Shown here one piece after another: positions 43,515 to 56,177 of a stretch of 64,000 nucleotides of DNA; the first letter of the stretch is position 1, and every line of letters starts with the position of its first letter. Origin of the DNA: Phoronis australis (lineage: Eukaryota > Animalia > Phoronida); NCBI GenBank assembly GCA_002633005.1, contig NMRA01000516.1:200562-264561 (forward strand). Direction: 5' to 3'. The notes below the pieces were generated by a model. That model saw only the letters and a program-made list of their open reading frames with translations. It made no database searches and was not told the DNA's origin. The position numbers were made by a program, and so were the translations under genes.

Positions 43515-43770
43515 CTGATCAACAAGTGGAAAGTTGTTTTGGTCATAATCTCACAACGAGGCCAAGGAATCCCCCAATGGCGGAGAGTGAATTGCTGAAG
43601 GTAGGCACAAGATTCAAGGATCCATCCTGGGACCCCTTCTCTTTAATATTTTCATGAATGACATCTTCTTCTTTGTGAAAAAATCTTCACTGGTCAACTA
43701 CACAGATGACAACACCCTCTCCATCTCCGACAACAACCCACTCTCCGTTACTGAAACTCTAAGAGATAGT
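43515..43770 (+). mobile_element. Duplicate of LINE 5' segment, interrupted by an unrelated insertion at 43771
   Basis: Near-identical to 45265-45525 (YTDD vs YADD); diverges abruptly after gagatagt. Confidence 0.85.
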
Positions 43771-45264
43771 CGGACGTAGCGGTCCCACTTTCAACCACCA
43801 TAACTTCTTTACTTTTTAATCTACAATCATGATTTTAGTATCCACGTGTTCACTAGGCGTATAGAAGTTCATCTGTGGCGTTGATTTTCCCATACCTTCA
43901 TCCCATGTTTAATTAATTGACTTTAAAGTTCGAGTTCTTTTTCCGACTTGGTTGCCAGTCGGTTACACGCACAGTGACGTCATAGGAATGCCCGACACCT
44001 ACCGGCGATTGTGTGCGTTCATTGTCAGGGTNATAATCGCCACCACCATCATCATATTCGTCATCATCTTCGACGTCTTTTCTTCAGTTAATTTCGCCAA
44101 GTGTCGCTCAAGACTGTAGCCTATTTCTTAGTGATTTCTGACCTCTACGTTCGTCATATGAATGATATAACTTGCGTTGTCCATCATCGCCAACATCGGC
44201 GTCATAGCTGTCATCTTCATCATCTCTGTCGTCGTCTTTTCACGTCATCTCTAACGTGGTTTTTTGGTTAATTTCGCCAAGTTTTGCTCCTCGGAGCGCT
44301 TTCATTATTGTCATTGATCTTTTTAATAGGGGAATCGCACGCTTCCTTAACCGAGAGGTGGGCGTTTAAAGTTCTTATCTTAAAATGCCAATGTGGTTCC
44401 AATATCCGAAAATACTTAATAAATAAAATCTTATTTTCGATACACTTTCGTTATATTCTTTTCGCCTTTCGTGCCACAAGTGTTTTTCTTGCCTGTATTT
44501 GACCATTCTCTATGAGCAGATAATTACCGGCTGTCATCGGTTATTTCCGCACCCACATTTCCGGCTCATCATTTCAGGAACTTGCCTTGGGCCGGACCGG
44601 TCTCAAGCGAGAGGTTTTGCTCTTAGGCCTACTCTAAGGCTTATTATATTAGGCCTACTTCTATCAACACAACAGTAATTTCAAAGTCAAATCAAGTCCA
44701 TTTATTTATAGTCGGTTAAAGTAAAACAAGAAGCAAGGAAACCATCAAAAGATACCTCATAAGCATGTAATTTATTTGCTCAGCAAAATACGTACCTATA
44801 AACTGCAACATTACTTTTCAAACTGTCTAAAACCACGGCCTCGTCCCAAACCCTTCGCTCTCAGCAAATTCAAAACATGTGGCTATGACATGTAGACGAG
44901 TATATTTTGATAAGGGGGTAGAGAGATTGTCATTGTTGGAAAATTATAGTTTAACCACCTCAAAAACAACTCTGTGGCAAAAGATTTAGTTGATTCTGAA
45001 ACAAATTACGCATTTCATCTAATTTGTGCTCTTTTAATGAAATTGCAGTTCACATGTTTCTATTTTCAAAACGTATCACACCCCGGCTGCCCTGAGATTT
45101 CTTGACTGACGGTGCTTTTTTGCTCTAAAACTTTCTGTGGTGTCACAAGTCGATGGAGGTATTGGAATGACGTCATCTTAAAGAAATTAGTGTTCTTTTA
45201 ATGAAATGTAGCGTGTTGCTTAATATTTTGGCCTCTAAAAATACAAATCGAAGGTGACACTCTG

Positions 45265-46585
45265 ATCAACAAGTGGAAAGTTGTTTTGGTCATAATCTCA
45301 CAACGAGGCCACGGAATCCCCCAAGACCGCAATGGCGGAGAGTGAATTGCTGAAGGTAGGCACAAGATTCAAGGATCCATCCTGGGACCCCTTCTCTTTA
45401 ATATTTTCATGAATGACATCTTCTTCTTTGTGAAAAAATCTACACTGGTCAACTACGCAGATGACAACACCCTCTCCATCTCCGACAACAACCCACTCTC
45501 CGTTACTGAAACTCTAAGAGATAGTGAATCACTCATCAAAATCAACTGGTTCGCTGTAAATGGAATGCAAGCAAATCCTGACAAATTCCAAGCAATCTGC
45601 ATAGGAAAAAATGAACACATTCTGTAAAACCCTCTCCATTGGAAATTGCGAAATACCTTGTGAGCCGAAAGTTAAACTTCTAGGAATAGCCATTGATACC
45701 AACCTAACTTTTGACTCCCATATTTCGAACATTTGCAAAAGAGCCTCACAACAAATAAACGTTTCTAAGAAGACTTGGACACCATCTTACGATGAAGGAT
45801 AGACTTGCCATTTTTCTCTCCTTCATACTTTCAAGTTTCAACTACTGCCCCCTCTTGTGGCATTTTTGCTCGAAAGAAAATACACTCAAACTTGAAAAAC
45901 TTCAGCTCAGAGCCCTACGTTTTGTTTACAATGACATTAGCACGCAGGACCAACTACTCTCTCTAGCTAACAAACCTCCCCTTCATCTACACAGACTTCG
46001 ACTTATTGCAGTAGAAGTATTTAAAATCCTTCATGGTAAATCACCCAAGGCACTTTCTTCACTTGTAAAGAAGCAAGAAAACAATTACTCCTTTCGCTAC
46101 AGCAACCTTCTAGCTTTTCCTCAAGGTAAATCTGTTAAATATGAAAAACAATCTTTTCGCTTCGAGGCTGCTTGGGTCTTGAACAGTCTACCGAATCTGT
46201 TGCGCACAACAGAGTCTTTCACCATTTTCCATGGACTGATTCGGACCTGGACTGGCCCTAAATGCAGCTGCTCTCTTTGTAAACACTCCAGGTTATGCTG
46301 TAATTAGTGTATACACTCGTTTCTCTTATGATTTATCTAGATTATAGCATTTACACCTGTACCCATTATTGTTTATGCTTATTTGACCCTAGCTAGTACA
46401 CAGTTTAGCGACTACGACAACTTTATTTTTATTTACATGCAATTATACCTCTGTGTTATTCTCCACCTCTAGCTTAAGTTCCATTTTCTTCATGTTTTTC
46501 TGTTAAATTTAATGTCGTAGTAATAGCTCAACTGGCTAATGTTAATCTGTTCTCCGAACGACGTTAAATAAAGCTTCTTGAATCA
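45265..46585 (+). mobile_element. 5'-truncated CR1/L2-clade LINE (RT C-terminal half + 3' UTR)
   Basis: QGSILGPLLFNIFMNDI..YADDNT, NPDKFQ, VKLLGIAIDTNLTFDSHI, FNYCPLLWHF..KLEKLQLRALR, ending WTGPKCSCSLC; frameshifted. AATAAA + cttga-like tail near 46570. Confidence 0.92.
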
Positions 46586-47173
46586 TGAGGCCTTCTAAAG
46601 GTTATTGACCGCTAATAAGAAGGTCCCCTGTACAAAATAAATACATGGAAATACAAAAATCAGTGGGAATACTTAAGAAAACAAAGTGAATTAGTGCTGA
46701 AATGTCAACAGCCATAATTTTGAGAATTATTAATTAGTAAATAACTACCACATGATTCTCACTCATGGAATAAGACATTCTTTCCTTGAACAGTCGCGGA
46801 CTGGAATAGCTTGCAAGCTGGGCTGCATCATGTAACTTTAGCCTATGAGCCATGTCTGTAGTGCAACAAACTTCTGACAAAGAGCGCATCGCTCGAAACG
46901 GGATATTTTATTATATTTTAGTACCGACGCTCGTCATTTATATATATATCCTTTAAACCTGTTATAGTTGTTTTCGTTTGTGTTGATCTTCATTGTTATA
47001 CAGTGACATTATACTCTGGAGAGAGTGTGGTCACTTAAACCAAGAAGAAAAAGAAGGGAATTAGCTGACCTTTCATTGTCACACCTGACCGTTCATTGTC
47101 GCTGTCACTGTCGGACCTAGCCATCCAGCTAGCTGTATAAAGACTATGGTCAAAATACAGTTGGGTACCTACC

Positions 47174-47774
47174 TAGGTTTCAAAACCCTGCTCGCCAGCT
47201 GGGCGAGTGAGCTAGAAAATCCACTCGCCCAGCCCGAAGTTCAGTTGCCCGGCCATTTGTGTCTGTCACCATGAACTTGCTGCCGTGTCAATAAACATCA
47301 TCGTTTCGTGCGTTGATGTCACCTGCTATTAGGGCTACAGTATTCGCCCTAATAAGCGCCCACGGTGCTTAGAAAAATTCGTTTCGAAAGGGGGTGCTTG
47401 TTTTAGCCTAAGGCGATTGAAAACCGGTCACCAAAACAGGTGAAATCGGAAGATAGGATTCATCAAATTCACGCCCTGTGACGTATCTCTAGACGAATAG
47501 CGTAATGGTTGACATCTTCTGAATCGGTTGGATTGCACTGCTCCGATGTTTTTTCTGCCGAGCATGGATGCGCTGACCAAATTGAACCTTAAATTCATGA
47601 TAAAAACAGCACAAGGAGGAGAAAATTTATTCATGTTCATCTGGAAAACAATATAGTGCTTTTGTAGTCTGAAAATTTGCTCGCCACCTGGGCGACCGGC
47701 AAGTCAACTTCTACTCAGCCAGCACCATTTTTACTAGCATTGGCAACTTGGGCGAGTGGTTAAGTATATCCCTA
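47174..47774. mobile_element. Deleted copy of the same composite hAT + pogo element
   Basis: Colinear with 60888-61200 and 62300-62582, with the same nested start (tacagtattcgccctaataagcgccc). Confidence 0.75.
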
Positions 47775-48969
47775 TACCACTGTGTGTGTTCAATGCTGAC
47801 AGACCCGAAATTGCAAACAGCCAGGGTAGTTCTGCTCGTCACCTCACCGTGAAACTTGTACCAACATTTAGAGCTAAAGACCGGACGGGGTGCATGCAAG
47901 ATCTTTGAATCAACCGACGACTCACTTTGACCGTTACAACTGTTTAAGTGAAAAACAAACAATCTAATAAACGTCATTTTCTTGTGTAATTCTTTGTCTT
48001 TTGTAACAATGAAAAGTATTTTGTTGTTTTGAAAACAGTATGCTTGTGTCACATGCACATCTCTTGGGAGATGATGACAGCTTCGCAACAGCAAAATTGA
48101 TTCTGCATTAAAACACTTAAAATTTGTAACTAAATGAAACCACTTCCGATAATTTGTTGTGACATCTATGCAACCCAGTAATGGTACAAAAATCCACGAA
48201 AAAAACTGGCCAATAGGTGACGCAATATTTCATGGCACCGAAAGCCGACACTAAAAATCGCTCCACAACTTTAGCAGCAGAATAAAGGTAGAACGCCATT
48301 TTTACAACACCGTTAAATAATTTAGTTTACTAAAAGAGGACTGTAGTTTTTAATGACACTAATTTTGTGTCAGATTTTACCTGGCCAGTCTTTTACCCAC
48401 ATCGGCGTAAAGCTATATATTTAGTATACAGCTTGTCGCCAAGGCTACGTCAAACCGTGACTTGGTCACAGCAAACAGTTCGTTGTCAGATCTGGGAGCT
48501 GGTTAAATAATGCTTGGCCTTCACGTGTAAAATTTCTCGCTTACACTGCCGGTCACCGCTGATATTCCTAGTCAACAACTTTTATAATGCCCATTCAGAA
48601 TGCCCTTTGTTTTCAGCGAATGAATTGGAAATGTAATCGCTAGCAGACCAGGTTCCCGTTCAGTAATGCTTGGACTTCGCTGAAAAGCAAGACTTCCCAA
48701 GATTACGTGAGATATTGCCGTGTATTTTAAATGAGGTCACGTGACTTTGGTTAGATTTTAGCTAGGAGCTAGCGTAGGTCTTAGCGTTACTGAACGCACG
48801 CCAGGCATGTCTATATATATATGTATGTGTGTGTAACAACACGTATTTTTAACTTTTTGGTGTTATCCAGATAGTGTACTTGGATATTTTTTAAATTTCT
48901 TGTATTTTGCACATATTACTGTATTTATTACTGTAATTATGTATGATATCAAAAGAAGTAAAAAAACTA

Positions 48970-49073
48970 CCGTACTCGTTCGGGTTACCGCCCATGCTCG
49001 GCTTGCTGCCCACCCCCTGGTTTTTACATTCCCAATTTATTAGGGCCCTGGGTGGTAACCCGGACGAGTACAG
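48970..49073. mobile_element. 104-bp mini-MITE related to 19789-22179
   Basis: TA|CCGTACTCGTTCGGGTTACCGCCCA ... TGGGTGGTAACCCGGACGAGTACAG|TA. Confidence 0.8.
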
Positions 49074-50346
49074 TAAAATATAGTAACAATCATACTATGG
49101 TTTGCAAAACTCTAAGCCTTGATGTAAACTAGTTTCTTCTCTCAAAGCCCAAAGTGATTTCAACTCCGCTTTCATTTTCGTGGAAATAACGCTTTCTTCA
49201 CGTCAATCCAATTTGTTGTGAAGGCAGTTGACACTGTTTCCCATGAGCAAATTAAGGAACCACGGTGGTTTACATGAGACGTCACAACATCCTACATGGC
49301 ACTGTGTCATAACAAGAATCCTACATTGACTCCCAGAATGGTCGAGATTGGGCAGCTTGACCAGTTTGCCTGCCTCCGGAAGTGCCGGCTTGGATTAAAG
49401 ACCTCATGCTGTTGTGGTTAATTAAGTTGCCTCAAGCTACTGATTTTACTGTTCTTAGGTAATCAGACCCACCATAAACACACTGGGGGTGATGATTTTT
49501 TTAATTTCAGATTTGAAAGTTTTTAAATAGCACATGTGAATCGTTTATGAAAAGTAGACGTTGTTTGGTTTTTTGAATTTTTAAAATCTCACAAGAAATG
49601 TGACTTTTAGCCTGTGAATTTTAACCAAATGTTGCCCAGAGCTTGCGCGTTGTTCTGTGCCTCATTAAGTCTGTAGGGTGTGCAACTTAATGGGCCAATT
49701 ACCAAACCAGCAGAGAGCGTTGGATTTTGAGGTAGACCAAGTGTCGTCCTACAATTCTTGGCATGGTGTTTTTACAACAAATGCTTCTAAATGTTGGATT
49801 CATGCTAAAATAGTTTTGCAGCGCTTGCCCTTATGAAAATACCCAAGTGGCAATTCGTGACCTCGCCAAAATCCAAATCCCAATTTCAAAATCCATTTCG
49901 CATTCTTAAATTCCAGGTAGCAAAAATTTCCGGCTATTTTTATGCAACAAAATTGATTTTTAGATCATCGAGAGATTTTCAGGGTATGTTCTTACCTGTG
50001 GCATTATATACTCCCATATTTCAGATTGCAAAATTAAGTTCTTACATGCATGTACCAGTGTACAGTGTTACCATTCTTCTTCAAATGCACTAGGGGCACA
50101 TGTTTTAATGGGAACCAAAGCTGTGCCACTTGACATTCATATAAGGGTTTTGTAGATTTACAGTTCAAGGGTAGCGTCCCTTTCGCGACTCCGATTTAGA
50201 AGAATTTATATAAAGGCTACTAGTAGTTGCCGATGTGAAAATGGAATGAGCAGTCTAATCAAAATGTGCATTCGAGTAGCAAAGTACTCAATGTGTAATA
50301 GAGAAAGTATTCCTGGAAAAAATACCTGCGACTTTTGTTGGGCTGA

Positions 50347-50660
50347 CAGGGATATTCCTGGAGTGCACCTTTGTGCCATTAGCGCATTAAAAAATGAAAA
50401 GGTGCAAGTACAATGCAGCAGTGCACCTCCTGGGCGCATCTTTTGAAACAGAACACTCTTCAAAAAATTCAAGATTCTAGTCAACTTTCAGCCAGTCAGG
50501 TAAAACATAACTCTGTTCTTGTTTCAATTGCCCTTGGGGTTTCTGTTTCATATGTTACTCCTTTAATTCTGCTGGGCACAGACTTTTGAAAAATGGCACA
50601 CTTTTTATCTTCAGGTGTACCCAAAGGGCACAGGTTCAAACCTGGTCAGGAATATCCCTG
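50347..50660. mobile_element. hAT-like MITE
   Basis: CAGGGATATTCCTG ... CAGGAATATCCCTG perfect 14-bp TIR; no clean TSD. Confidence 0.65.
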
Positions 50661-52232
50661 ACTGACCTGCTATGTGATTGTCATCAAAGCCATTAATGTT
50701 GCAATCATATATTACTCTATGTGCAAACTCCCTGCAATTGTTCTCTGTCTAACTTTTGCAATACAAATGACTGAAAATGTCAAAAAAAATCTGCGAATCG
50801 TTGCCGCAGCCAAATGATGTTTTGATGCGCAGGAAGAAATCAGTACAAATTTTTACAACAAAAAAACGTACAACCTATGCTGTTAACATATTCAATGATT
50901 AGTTTTCCATAAAATGAAGAGCCCTAAAATAATTGTGACTCCGTGCAGGTTTCCATTATTGGTTGATTTGAGTTTGCTCTCTTGGGACAGAATAAGTGCC
51001 ATATAGGGGAAAAATAGGTCAGCCAAAAAACGCCATGCCTCAGGCTAATCTTACGCTAACAGTATTTGCATGCAAGTCACGAGAAACCATGCATTGTTAA
51101 CCCCAAAGTATCCAGCGAATTCTTTATTACATCAAAGACTTGATGGCACTGTCACGGATTGAATTGAGCTGGTCACTGTTCATGGACTTAGCTGGACATG
51201 TTGGATGAGATAATGTGGACATAAGCCAGCACGTCTGTTTAGCATACGAGTTTCAAAATCAAAAAACAAATTTTTAAAGGCAAATTACTTACATGACTGT
51301 TTTTAATAGTATCTGTCGGAATATTTAAAATCAATGCATTATAAGAGAAATTGGTGAATCGGTTTTCTTCGGCATCGCGGCTAAGGCATTAACTTGTGAA
51401 TCGACTAGAATGATTTTACAGAAGCTTACTAAAGTAATTTCGGTCATGAATCATTCCGCCGAGGTTCCCACTTAAGTTTGTCTTATGTTCTGGTGATGTC
51501 TCTCTAATACTGACATTTTCTTTCATTTTAGATTTTGTGCATCCATGGTTACAGGTACGTGAAATGAAGTCTTTACAATGGTAGTCTTATTTATTCTATC
51601 AACATTAAACTATAGATCATGATATTTTCTGCTACACAAATAACATTAAGATATGTAGTATTAACATCTTGTCCACTTATTAAATATAACTTAAACAATT
51701 TTTTAGTTTTTACCACCTTTATGTAAATGGGAAATCTCTTTCTAGTGTTACCTAATTATGTTCTTGCTTTAATGAATGTTTACCTATTATTTTCAGTCGC
51801 ATAATCCATTTATTTGATTACCAAACAAAAGTGGTATGGCTGTTAGGGGTTAGCAATCAGTATTTAAAAATGTGTCACTTTTTTACCTAAATTTCTTGTT
51901 TGTCATTGTTGTTTGAACATAAAGATACCAAAAAATGGAACTCTGTACATTCTCTTCATAATAGGTAGTATTCGAAGCTGTATTTCACCCTGTGTTCTGA
52001 GCTGGCTAACAAACTAAAATTGAATTGGACCGTTTACTTTCATAAGGCAAGTCTCCCAATATTCTTTACTATGTTGGTATTGAATTTTTGATTCTGATAA
52101 AACATATCAAAACGATTGGCAATTCAAGAAAACACTTCAGAGTTCATTTTGGTTGGACAACGTTGAAGTTCTGAATTCCAAAATGGTTCATGTATACATT
52201 GTATGTAACTAGCAGAAAACACAAATGGAATC

Positions 52233-52455
52233 GAGCCATGGTATAGAATATTATGAGAGTGATGTTATGAGATTAAGAGCCATGGTATAGAATATTATGA
52301 GAGTGATGTTATGAGATTAAGAGCCATGGTATAGAATATTATGAGAGTGATGTTATGAGATTAAGAGCCATGGTATAGAATATTATGAGAGTGATGTTAT
52401 GAGATTAAGAGCCATGGTATAGAATATTATGAGAGTGATGTTATGAGATTAAGAG
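52233..52455. repeat. 44-bp minisatellite x5
   Basis: gagccatggtatagaatattatgagagtgatgttatgagattaa. Confidence 0.95.
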
Positions 52456-52518
52456 GTCTAATTCAGTTTTTGTTTTTTAACATGCTAAGCAGGGTGAAAT
52501 GCTGAGCTTTAACAACTA

Positions 52519-53071
52519 TAGACAGTGACCACAGTCTCTAGCTGGCCAGTAAAGACAGGAGCTTCATATGCCAGAAAGTTTTTGGCTCGTATGCCTCACA
52601 CTGATTAAAACATCAGTCATGTTATATACCTTTTGCACAGTGGTTCTTTAGGAGGCCATTGATATCTTTAATTCCTTCCAACTCAGACAAATACTCCCAT
52701 TATCAAACTTTTTCGTCTAGCAGTCTTTTATTCATTCGGAAACTGGCCATATTTACACAGCGCACATCGGGATATGACGTCATACCACCTGCTGTGCGCA
52801 GTGTTAAAAATGGCCAGATTCCGATATTGGGAACTGAATGAAGGAGTGCTCGAAGAAAAGGTTTGATAACAGGACTATTTGTTCGAGTTGGAAGGAATTA
52901 AAGACATTGACGGCCTCCTAAGGTATCCCTCTATGTGCAAAAGGTACTTATTACATGACTTTGATTATTTAATTAGTGTGGGGTATAATTTGCCGAAAAG
53001 CTTCCAGCGTATGAAGTGACTATAGCAGCTCCACCATTTGTAGTTCAACTAGAAACGGTGGTCACAGTTTA
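52519..53071. mobile_element. Fully palindromic foldback element with 9-bp TSD (Academ- or MuDR-like)
   Basis: TAACAACTA duplicated at 52510-52518 and 53072-53080. Arms TAGACAGTGACC / GGTCACAGTTTA are symmetric about TATGACGTCATA (~52778). Confidence 0.85.
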
Positions 53072-53861
53072 TAACAACTACAGAGGCATTAAATCCCATG
53101 CGTTAAATAAAGTCATATAGAGGGAAATTAATGCTCAAATTTGTACTTTAAAAGCTGTAGGCATGAACATCAGTGCTACAAACCATGAATTATAAGTAAT
53201 TTTTCCCAAATTGGCTGCATGTTATCAGACTAGAGGTGAACACTCATTTACATTTTACAACAGGAACACTTTGTGTTAAGAGTTAAATTAATATCACCAT
53301 TATATGTTTTGTTTTGTTCGATCACATCTGCAATACATAAGACATACCCTATCTGTGAGTACTTGCAATACATCACCATTTCATGTTTTGAAGCATTGAA
53401 TACGTCATTTTTGTTCTCCCATGTGCGTGAACAGTTGCACGTAGTGTTCTACAACTATCCTCACTGTGCAGTTTTGGGAGTTTACCATGTTGAGTTGAGC
53501 TTAGCCGTGATGAGTTTCAATGAGTTCAACAATATTGATGATTGCCAGCAAGCCAGTGTGAGAAGAGCCCCATGTGGTTAAGTTGCTTGTGAGGCACTTG
53601 GGCTACAAAATCTTAACTTTAGGAATGGTATCAGTGAAACCTTATGTCAACACTCCAGCTCAACTCACTTCAGTAGAGTAAGGTATGAAACTCAACACTA
53701 GCCTTTAACTCGAGAGGTTTTGCATCTATAATGAACTTTCTGATGTGGATGTAAATCCAGTACTGTCTTGAAACCTACTGACATTTTATGGAGCCATTCA
53801 AACTTATTAAGATATAAGTGCTGGTCCACCATGTTTTTGAACAGTTGTCAGTTATCAAAGG

Positions 53862-54155
53862 TTATATAAAATCTTTGCACAGTATGCAAGTCAAGCCTAC
53901 TAGAGTGAACAGAGTTGTGATGGATGGAGAACTTCCCACGTTGGCGCTACTGCCCTCTGTTGTGTGCACAAGTGATTGAGTAACTGTCAATGTGGTCATC
54001 TTTTCTGTATTACCCTGTGGCTGTTTTGAGACTCTTTCTGTACTTGGCGAAGAGTGAAGACTTGTTGAAGTATCGGGTTCCTCAGCGGATTGAGTGGCTG
54101 TTTGCCCGGAATCTGGGATAGTTGTTGTCGCTGCTTGTTCAGTCATGGTGGTTGC
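53862..54155 (-). CDS. Terminal exon A: Ser/Thr stalk + putative GPI-anchor signal
   Basis: Acceptor gtccttttatag, phase 0. ATTMTEQAATTT...TEGSSANVGSSPSITTLFTLVGLTCILCKDFI*: small-residue omega region followed by a hydrophobic tail. Confidence 0.8.
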   Translation of the reverse strand, partial: ATTMTEQAATTTIPDSGQTATQSAEEPDTSTSLHSSPSTERVSKQPQGNTEKMTTLTVTQSLVHTTEGSSANVGSSPSITTLFTLVGLTCILCKDFI

Positions 54156-54931
54156 CTATAAAAGGACATAATTATTACTTTTGATAAAAGATTGCAGATT
54201 TAGTGTTGTCACCAGTCTCAGTCTGCCGTCTTGTCAAGGAATGATTTTACTTCAAAAATGGTCAAGCTCCTGCTTTCTTTGTTTAGGTCAAAAAACATTT
54301 TTGGTTCTTGTCTATGATTTTTTTTAATTAAGAGTTAGTGGTACAGAATTTTTACTTGGCGAAATAAATTTCGCCAAGTATGTTGCTCTTCCACTAAGTT
54401 TTTTTTTTTGTTTGTTCGCACGATACAGGTCGCAATTTTCATCCGATCATCACGAAATTTACACACAACACGTACTTCCGGAAGTACTGGAAGCCTATTG
54501 TTTTTCGTCAAAATCGGATCCAAGATGGCGGCTGTGGCGGCCATTTTGTTTCCATTTAAAGGTTCAAATGCTTCTGGAGGCTACAACTTTTTANTGGAAA
54601 TCTGAGCCTGCTGTCTAATCTTAAAGTAGGTACTTGTAATAAAAAGAATCATAATGCCTTAACTGAAATTCATGTGGCCAGGCACTTTTTCTTTAAGTCA
54701 CTGAGTGCATTTCTCAAAATGAGACGGGCTACATAGCAGAGCCCCTTAAAAAGTCTGTTATGTTGCAACGGTAAGTCTTGAATTAAGCAAGAGATACCTG
54801 TTAGGAAAATCTTTAAAGAGGCTTTCAAGCTGTTTTAAAATACAATAAAGACGTCACAGAGTTGCCACCTGGTATTCAACAACTTAAACATGCCCAGTGT
54901 TCAAACATTACAAACTTATCACATTTTAGGT

Positions 54932-55168
54932 TCAAGAAATGAGTTTCCACTTAACACAACTCAAGACTAGCGAGAATGTCAGAGCAGGCACCATTGAGAC
55001 GAATGCACGATTTCCCATGTATACGCTGCTGTTCTCTGTCCTGCCAATTATGGTCTGAACATTTGTTGACCTGGTCGCCTTATCTGAGTTACCCTGTTGT
55101 TCTGTTGTGCTCGTTTCAGTGCTTGCCCAAGATGCAACACTTGTTGGTGAAGCAGCTGCTGTTGGTGT
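54932..55168 (-). CDS. Terminal exon B (paralog of A): Ser/Thr stalk + putative GPI-anchor signal
   Basis: Acceptor ctatgattttag, phase 0, open 78 aa: TPTAAASPTSVASWASTETSTTEQQGNSDKATRSTNVQTIIGRTENSSVYMGNRAFVSMVPALTFSLVLSCVKWKLIS*. Shares the STE..QQGN.[DE]K motif with exon A. Missed by the ORF track, which has no ORF in this frame here. Confidence 0.72.
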   Translation of the reverse strand, partial: TPTAAASPTSVASWASTETSTTEQQGNSDKATRSTNVQTIIGRTENSSVYMGNRAFVSMVPALTFSLVLSCVKWKLIS

Positions 55169-55736
55169 CTAAAATCATAGCACATTGGTTTCGACTACCG
55201 ACTCTCGCTTGTGAGGCTCAACTTCACAGTCCTCACTGGTTGCTGACTTTTAGAATTTCACTAATAGCCTTTAACGTTCGTGGATTTGACTACATAAAAT
55301 GGAGTGAATGTGATGTGAATATGATCTGGGTCCTGATCGTTAACAATATCCAAACCCCCTGCACGTATGTCCATGTATATACAGCATACTATAAAGTCAT
55401 AAGCTATCCTTTGAAGCTGACGTTAAAATGTTTGAATAATCAGAGATGCAAGCATAACGCAAAATCGTCGCAAGAGACCGTCCGGAGTTGGTATATGGTG
55501 CAACTCGGGATGGTCTGGGCTCAACAGAAAACTGTTCTACTGTGAGTCTACACCAATGTGATAAATGAGAGTACGTTCTATTTACTGTGTCAGCTACATG
55601 TATCATTAGCTCGTTTATGACACACAATGTGTGACTGGGCAAAGTTTTTTCAAATTCGTGTAGACAAGCCAGTGGAGCGCAAGACCTCTGAGGTCCATGT
55701 CAAATCCTCACGACAATTCCACATTATGGTGCAAAC

Positions 55737-55845
55737 AGAAAGTAGGCTGTCAGCCATAGAATGTAGGCTGTCAGCCATAGAATGTAGGCTGTCAGCCATA
55801 GAATGTAGGCTGTCAGCCATAGAGTGTAGGCTGTCCGGCATAGAA
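55737..55845. repeat. 21-bp minisatellite x5
   Basis: tgtaggctgtcagccatagaa. Confidence 0.93.
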
Positions 55846-55991
55846 GGTAAACAGATAAACATAACAGGCTGACAGACAATCATAACAGGCAGACTGACAC
55901 ACATAACAGGCAAACAGGCAACCATGAACAAGCACTTTGAAAAACGAATAAAAACAAAACAGGGTTTTATATTCAAGAAATGGGTTTTCAC

Positions 55992-56177
55992 TTAATGCAA
56001 GTCAAAGACTAGCGAGAATATCAAAGCAGGTACCGTTGATGCAAATGCAACAGTGCCCACATATAGGCCGTTGCCCTGTGTCTTGCCTAGGTTCTGAGCA
56101 TCTGTTGACGTGGTTAGTGTTTCTGTGTTACCCTGTTGTTGCGTTATGGTCGTTTCAGTGCTTGGCGAAGACCCAAC
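55992..56177 (-). pseudogene. Terminal exon C (paralog of B), truncated by Gypsy LTR and with a 1-nt frameshift near the end
   Basis: VGSSPSTETTITQQQGNTETLTTSTDAQNLGKTQGNGLYVGTVAFASTVPALIFSLVFDLH*. Aligns at nucleotide level with 54932-55140; an extra T relative to B shifts the last residues. Similarity stops exactly at the LTR start (56178). Confidence 0.75.

Noticed and set aside
10108-52455. 24-44-bp direct repeat arrays as CRISPR
   Set aside because: Units are contiguous with no unique spacers, there are no cas genes, and the context is eukaryotic.
54976-55545. 189-aa + strand ORF
   Set aside because: No recognisable motif; it partly shadows terminal exon B on the antisense strand.
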